DNA of 64,000 nt from an uncultured Bacteroidales bacterium (GTDB taxonomy: Bacteria; Bacteroidota; Bacteroidia; Bacteroidales; B18-G4): assembly GCA_963753835.1 (NCBI GenBank), contig CAVWDP010000003.1, positions 89,589 to 153,588 on the forward strand. The letters run 5' to 3'. The translations under genes and the position numbers were made by a program. Shown here piece after piece: positions 59,954 through 64,000 of this stretch. Below the pieces are notes generated by a model. It was given only the letters and a program-made list of their open reading frames with translations, had not been told where the DNA came from and did no database searches. The number at the start of each line of letters is the position of its first letter. Position 1 is the stretch's first letter.

Positions 59954-60544
59954 ATGAAAAAAATAAGAAATATTTCAATCATCAGCATATTAGCATTCAT
60001 GTCATTGGCAATGATCATTATTGTTGGATGTAAAAAAGACGATAATAATGATAATAATGACCCACCTGCTCCGGTGAATCCACTGGTAGGGACATACACT
60101 TTTATTGCAGCAACTTTTACTCAGCCCATTACAGTTATTGTAAATGGTGATACGAACCATTACCAGGTAGGCGACGATGCTTACATATTTGTTGGAGGGG
60201 GCTTGCTTGGGGCTGCTCCATGCGATAATGCTGATAATGCCGCCTTGCAGCTCAGGGCAGATTTTACTTCCTGGTATGTTTGTCAGGGTGAAAGCAATGA
60301 AGCTCAGCAGGGAACCTGGGAGCCTATTTTTGATAATACTATTCTCCGACTCAATATATCTGATCCAGCCGATTTTGTAGTAAATATTACAGAAGTGACC
60401 TTGCCTGACAATAAACTTCTGGGTAATATTAATGCTTTACCCATGCCTTATGATACATCACTTCCGGTAGGAGCTCCCTTACCCGGAGGAGGGATCAATT
60501 TTCAGGCTGCCAAAGTATCGGTAGAGTTTGCAAAGGTGAATTAA
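59954..60544 (+). CDS. hypothetical lipoprotein
   Basis: Trimmed to MKKIRNISIISILAFMSLAMIIIVGC (lipobox), followed by a D/N-rich linker. I recognise no family. Confidence 0.55.
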   Translation: MKKIRNISIISILAFMSLAMIIIVGCKKDDNNDNNDPPAPVNPLVGTYTFIAATFTQPITVIVNGDTNHYQVGDDAYIFVGGGLLGAAPCDNADNAALQLRADFTSWYVCQGESNEAQQGTWEPIFDNTILRLNISDPADFVVNITEVTLPDNKLLGNINALPMPYDTSLPVGAPLPGGGINFQAAKVSVEFAKVN

Positions 60545-60560
60545 TGGGAGGAAGCATGGA

Positions 60561-60625
60561 AAGTACTTAAAGTATTTAGAGTACTTAGAGTATTTAGAGT
60601 ACTTAAAGTATTTAATGTGCTTGAG
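60561..60625. repeat. tandem nonamer array (AGAGTAYTT-type)
   Basis: aagtacttaaagtatttagagtacttagagtatttagagtacttaaagtatttaatgtgcttgag. It fills the convergent spacer. Confidence 0.9.
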
Positions 60626-60626
60626 T

Positions 60627-61277
60627 TTAATCAGGCTTTACATCCTTAGCGTCTTCTGGTTTGGGCTCTTCCGGCTCGCCGGCTTTAACGCATCGAACAG
60701 ATAGTTTGAAATCTTTTGGATTAGGAATACGGTCTACGCCATCTTTATTTTTATCAATTAATCTCGACCATCCATATTTTTCACCATCTTCTGAGGAAGT
60801 CCAAAAGCATGCCTTTGTATTTGTATGCAGGCCATTCCCGCTTAAGTTGACCAGGCCTGTGTATTCCGCATCAAAGCTAAGCCCCCCACCCTTTCTGAGG
60901 AGCTTACCCACGGTTCCCGAATTTCTGTTATAGTTTTGATCAAGATCCTTATCACTCATTCCAATGTATGACTCAAGGGCTTTCCATTCATCATCGCCTG
61001 GCAGATGATAGCCTTCCGGGCATGCCCTCCGGGCTGCTTCAAAGTTATACAGGCGGCCTTTCAACATACAATTGGTTTCATCATTTTCAAAGCAGATAGA
61101 TCCTTCCCCGGCATCAAATTTTAGGTTTTGGCACATCCACCATGTATCATTGAATTTGGCTACCAGGTATATATTACCGTCCCGTTCATCCATAAGAAAG
61201 TCTGAATTCTGTGCTGTTGCAGGCCGGGAAAAAAGTAAAAGAATGATAATGGGGATATAAATTTCTAAATTTTTCAT
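60627..61277 (-). CDS. FISUMP (Fibrobacter succinogenes major paralogous, TIGR02145) domain protein
   Basis: 216 aa; signal peptide; DERDGNIY..WMCQNLKF, GRLYNFEAA..CPEGYHLPGDDEWKAL, FWTSSE. Confidence 0.8.
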   Translation of the reverse strand: MKNLEIYIPIIILLLFSRPATAQNSDFLMDERDGNIYLVAKFNDTWWMCQNLKFDAGEGSICFENDETNCMLKGRLYNFEAARRACPEGYHLPGDDEWKALESYIGMSDKDLDQNYNRNSGTVGKLLRKGGGLSFDAEYTGLVNLSGNGLHTNTKACFWTSSEDGEKYGWSRLIDKNKDGVDRIPNPKDFKLSVRCVKAGEPEEPKPEDAKDVKPD

Positions 61278-61427
61278 CGTACTAAAATTTGGCTTTACAA
61301 ATTAAATCAATTTTCTTTTAATGTAGGCATGTGCAATGCAAGTCGTTTTGCAATGATGGTGCCAGAATTTAAGGAACATGATAAAAAAGTTTGTATTGAT
61401 TTAAACGTAAACGTTAAATTTGTGAGG

Positions 61428-63878
61428 ATGCGAATATGGCTCATCATCATTTTAGTTTCTATTAGCCTCATTGGCAGGGCAGGTCTGGTGACTGGCCATA
61501 TCTACAATGAGGAAGGAGAACCGCTTCCATTTGCCAGTATTTATATTCAGGGAAGCACGCTGGGGACTGCATCTAATCCCGAAGGATATTTTGAGCTAGA
61601 GATCCCCGATGGGGAATATGAATTGATATTCCAATATATTGGATATAAGCAGCACCGTGAAAAGATCATCATAACGGATGCTTCAATTTCACTTCACATC
61701 ATCCTGCGTGAAGAGAAAGTTTCTCTCGATGAGGTTGTAATATCGGCAGATGCAGAAGACCCGGCATACCGGATCATCAGGCATGCGATCAGCATGCGAA
61801 AAACATACCTGCGTCAGGTAGAAAACTATATATGCGAGGCCTATACTAAAGGAATTTTCAGGATTACAGAAGCGCCGGATAAAATGTTCGGAGACTCCCT
61901 GAATACAAAACAAGATTCGATTATAGGCATAGTATATCTGTCTGAATCAGAATCGATCATCAGTTTCGAGCAGCCCGACCAGTTCAAGGAAGAAATGATC
62001 TCGGTAAAAGTGAGTGGGGATGATCAGGATTTCGGTTTTAATTTCATTACTTTCTTCATGTCGAATTTTTACAACAACAAAATTGTGATACCTGTCGACA
62101 TGGACGAAAAGGGCTTTATTTCACCCATAGCCTCAAACGCACTTTTTTATTACAAATACCGACTTGAGGGGACGTATTTTGAAGAAAACTATACTGTGAA
62201 TAAGATCAAGGTGATCCCTAAAAGAAAAATCGACCCGGTCTTCAGCGGGTATATTTATATTATCGAGAATTCATGGCGGATCCACAGCTTCGACCTGCAT
62301 ATCAGCAAAGATGCCAACCTGCCATTTATTGATTCAGTGAAGATTGCCAAAACCATGGTGCCGATCAATGACACACTTTGGATGCAACTCACCCAGCGCT
62401 TGCAGTTTTTCTTTTCAGTTAATTTTTTCGGGAAACGCTTTGCAGGGAATGGCATCTTCCACTCACAGTTTACGGACTATGTATTCAATAATGAATTTGA
62501 GAAAAGATATTTCGGGAACGAGATCATACGTGCCAACGATGATGCCAACAAGAAAGATTCAATGTATTGGGAAGAAAACCGCCCAATTCCGCTAACAAAT
62601 GAGGAGAGGAAGAATTATTTCAAAGAAGATAGTTTGCGGAAACTACGAAGCTCTAAGGAATACCTGGACTCTTTAGATAGAAAGAACAATAAATTCAAAT
62701 GGGTTGACCTCATAGGTGGTTATTCTTATTACCGTAGGCACGACAGTACACGATACAGCATCGGCTCACCCATAGCCACATTGAATTTTAATACTGTTCA
62801 GGGCGTAAATCTATACCTGAACACAGGCTTTTCCAAGAGTTTTTCGGGAGGGAAATATTTGAGTATCGGACAGGATGTTTCTTATGGCTTTTCAAATTAT
62901 CGCTGGGGCTACAGCCTTCAGTCAAGCTATCGATACAACCGGGATAAATCGGCAAGGGTGAGGGTTAGCGGAGGAATTAAACCTGTACAATATAACGCGC
63001 TCAACCCCATTTCCCCATTTGTAAATACGCTCTATACTTTACTTGATGGGAATAACTATATGAAGATTTATGAAAAGAGCTGGGTTGACATTTCTCATTT
63101 TTCAGAGCTAACCAATGGCCTCTACCTGACTGCAGGTGCTGAGTATGCAGGACGATCGGCATTAGTGAATACTACCAATTATTCGTGGGTAAAGAGCAGC
63201 AAGAACCGATTCACCAGCAATGATCCGCAGGATCCTCTCAACCAGGAGCCTGCCTTTTCCTCGAACACATCATTGAAATTATATGTTTCTGTCAGGTTCA
63301 GGATTTTCCAGAAATATATGTCTATTCCTGAAAAAACAGTGATAGGATCTAAATATCCTGACCTGGTGATCAGCTATATTAAAGGAATCCCGAATTTTCT
63401 GGGGAGCGACGCAGATTATGATGTGTTGAAGATTGCTATTGAGGGGAATCAGAAGATCGGGGCATTCGGCACCCTGCAATACAGAGGACTGTATGGAACC
63501 TTCCTGAATAACCGGGGAATGGAGTTCATGGATTACCATCATTTCAATGGAAATCGTACCATCTTTGGTAAGTTCAGACTGAATGCTTTTCAGTTGTTGG
63601 ATTATTATGAACATTCCACCAATAAGAACTATGTGGAGGCATATGCTGAACATCATTTCAACGGCTTCATCTTTAACAAGCTTCCCTGGATCAGGAAGGC
63701 GAGATGGAAAGCTTTAGCTGGCTTCAGGTACTTCACTTCTGAATTCAAGAATAACTATTTTGAGATCAATGCCGGAATAGAAAACATATTTAATTTTCTC
63801 CGTGTCGACTTTGTTGCTGGCTATGAAGCCGGAAGAAATGTGCGTACAGGAATTGTGTTCGGAATCAGGGTTGATTAA
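61428..63878 (+). CDS. DUF5686 plus carboxypeptidase-regulatory-like domain protein
   Basis: Trimmed to MRIWLIIILVS... GHIYNEEGEPLPFASIYIQGSTLGTASNPEGYFELEIPDGEYELIFQYIGY is the CarboxypepD_reg start typical of this ~830-aa Bacteroidota family. Confidence 0.75.
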   Translation: MRIWLIIILVSISLIGRAGLVTGHIYNEEGEPLPFASIYIQGSTLGTASNPEGYFELEIPDGEYELIFQYIGYKQHREKIIITDASISLHIILREEKVSLDEVVISADAEDPAYRIIRHAISMRKTYLRQVENYICEAYTKGIFRITEAPDKMFGDSLNTKQDSIIGIVYLSESESIISFEQPDQFKEEMISVKVSGDDQDFGFNFITFFMSNFYNNKIVIPVDMDEKGFISPIASNALFYYKYRLEGTYFEENYTVNKIKVIPKRKIDPVFSGYIYIIENSWRIHSFDLHISKDANLPFIDSVKIAKTMVPINDTLWMQLTQRLQFFFSVNFFGKRFAGNGIFHSQFTDYVFNNEFEKRYFGNEIIRANDDANKKDSMYWEENRPIPLTNEERKNYFKEDSLRKLRSSKEYLDSLDRKNNKFKWVDLIGGYSYYRRHDSTRYSIGSPIATLNFNTVQGVNLYLNTGFSKSFSGGKYLSIGQDVSYGFSNYRWGYSLQSSYRYNRDKSARVRVSGGIKPVQYNALNPISPFVNTLYTLLDGNNYMKIYEKSWVDISHFSELTNGLYLTAGAEYAGRSALVNTTNYSWVKSSKNRFTSNDPQDPLNQEPAFSSNTSLKLYVSVRFRIFQKYMSIPEKTVIGSKYPDLVISYIKGIPNFLGSDADYDVLKIAIEGNQKIGAFGTLQYRGLYGTFLNNRGMEFMDYHHFNGNRTIFGKFRLNAFQLLDYYEHSTNKNYVEAYAEHHFNGFIFNKLPWIRKARWKALAGFRYFTSEFKNNYFEINAGIENIFNFLRVDFVAGYEAGRNVRTGIVFGIRVD

Positions 63879-64000
63879 TGGCTTCGTTTGTCAATAAAAT
63901 TTATTGCTTTCCTGTTTTCTTCCGGGAAACGTATCTTTTCTATGTTCTCGTCCGAATCAAAGACAATAGATGGTGCCACACGAAGCTTTGCCCGGAAATG
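63875..64000 (-). CDS. 3' end of an unidentified minus-strand ORF entering from the right edge
   Basis: 42 open codons (..VFDSDENIEKIRFPEENRKAINFIDKRSH) ending at the stop 63875-63877. Too short to identify. Confidence 0.25.
   Translation of the reverse strand, partial: HFRAKLRVAPSIVFDSDENIEKIRFPEENRKAINFIDKRSH

Noticed and set aside
11098-60625. Could the tandem arrays be CRISPR arrays?
   Set aside because: The units are 7-9 nt and directly abutting, with no unique spacers. Arrays are 35-170 bp long. No cas genes are present in the window.

Overview
This is a Bacteroidota-type chromosomal segment. The evidence is T9SS C-terminal sorting domains, a TonB-dependent receptor, OmpH, FISUMP/DUF5686/DUF4175-like families and TAnnTTTG -7 promoter boxes. 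It holds about 50 protein genes, mostly on the minus strand, and one tRNA-Cys. I found no rRNA, CRISPR, cas genes, transposase, integrase or phage genes.

Gene content, left to right:
- Cell-wall elongation genes (rodA, mrdA and a flippase) and a large multi-TM histidine kinase.
- A tight minus-strand run: DUF4175-like giant protein, small HATPase, ybeY, mnmG, then a methyltransferase.
- A secreted M1 peptidase, gltX, folB plus a CWC mini-protein, and a four-helix-bundle ('23S rRNA IVS protein') gene beside tRNA-Cys.
- SOUL and fasciclin lipoproteins, an ATP-grasp enzyme, and an ECF sigma/anti-sigma/lipoprotein module.
- A Crp/Fnr regulator divergent from an octaheme cytochrome c, cytochrome b and rhodanese operon.
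- Pirin, GH38, an acyl-CoA ligase, a T9SS beta-helix protein, two tandem GH29 fucosidases and OmpH.
- A heavy-metal RND efflux operon, folE, DUF4846 and a TonB receptor.
- A membrane-domain/P-loop NTPase fusion with a lipoprotein, then FISUMP and DUF5686 genes.

Two window-scale observations stand out:
1. Most intergenic spacers between 11 and 45 kb, and again at 58-61 kb, are filled with tandem 7-9 nt arrays. The arrays belong to a few dispersed families and often form paired, partly complementary arms (STRR-like). One is bracketed by a 14-bp direct repeat, one carries the four-helix-bundle gene between inverted repeats, and one sits inside a coding region.
2. At least 14 reading-frame breaks hit 9 otherwise well-conserved genes, including the normally essential gltX. 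Many fall at short homopolymers, which points to assembly indel errors. The two GH29 genes take 5 of the 14.

I see no compelling new protein-based system such as a defence island. The best candidates for something undescribed are the repeat/hairpin element family and the membrane-NTPase fusion.

Limits: no searches or computations were run. Family names come from motifs I recognise. Coordinates of non-ORF features are hand-counted and may be off by 1-2 nt.
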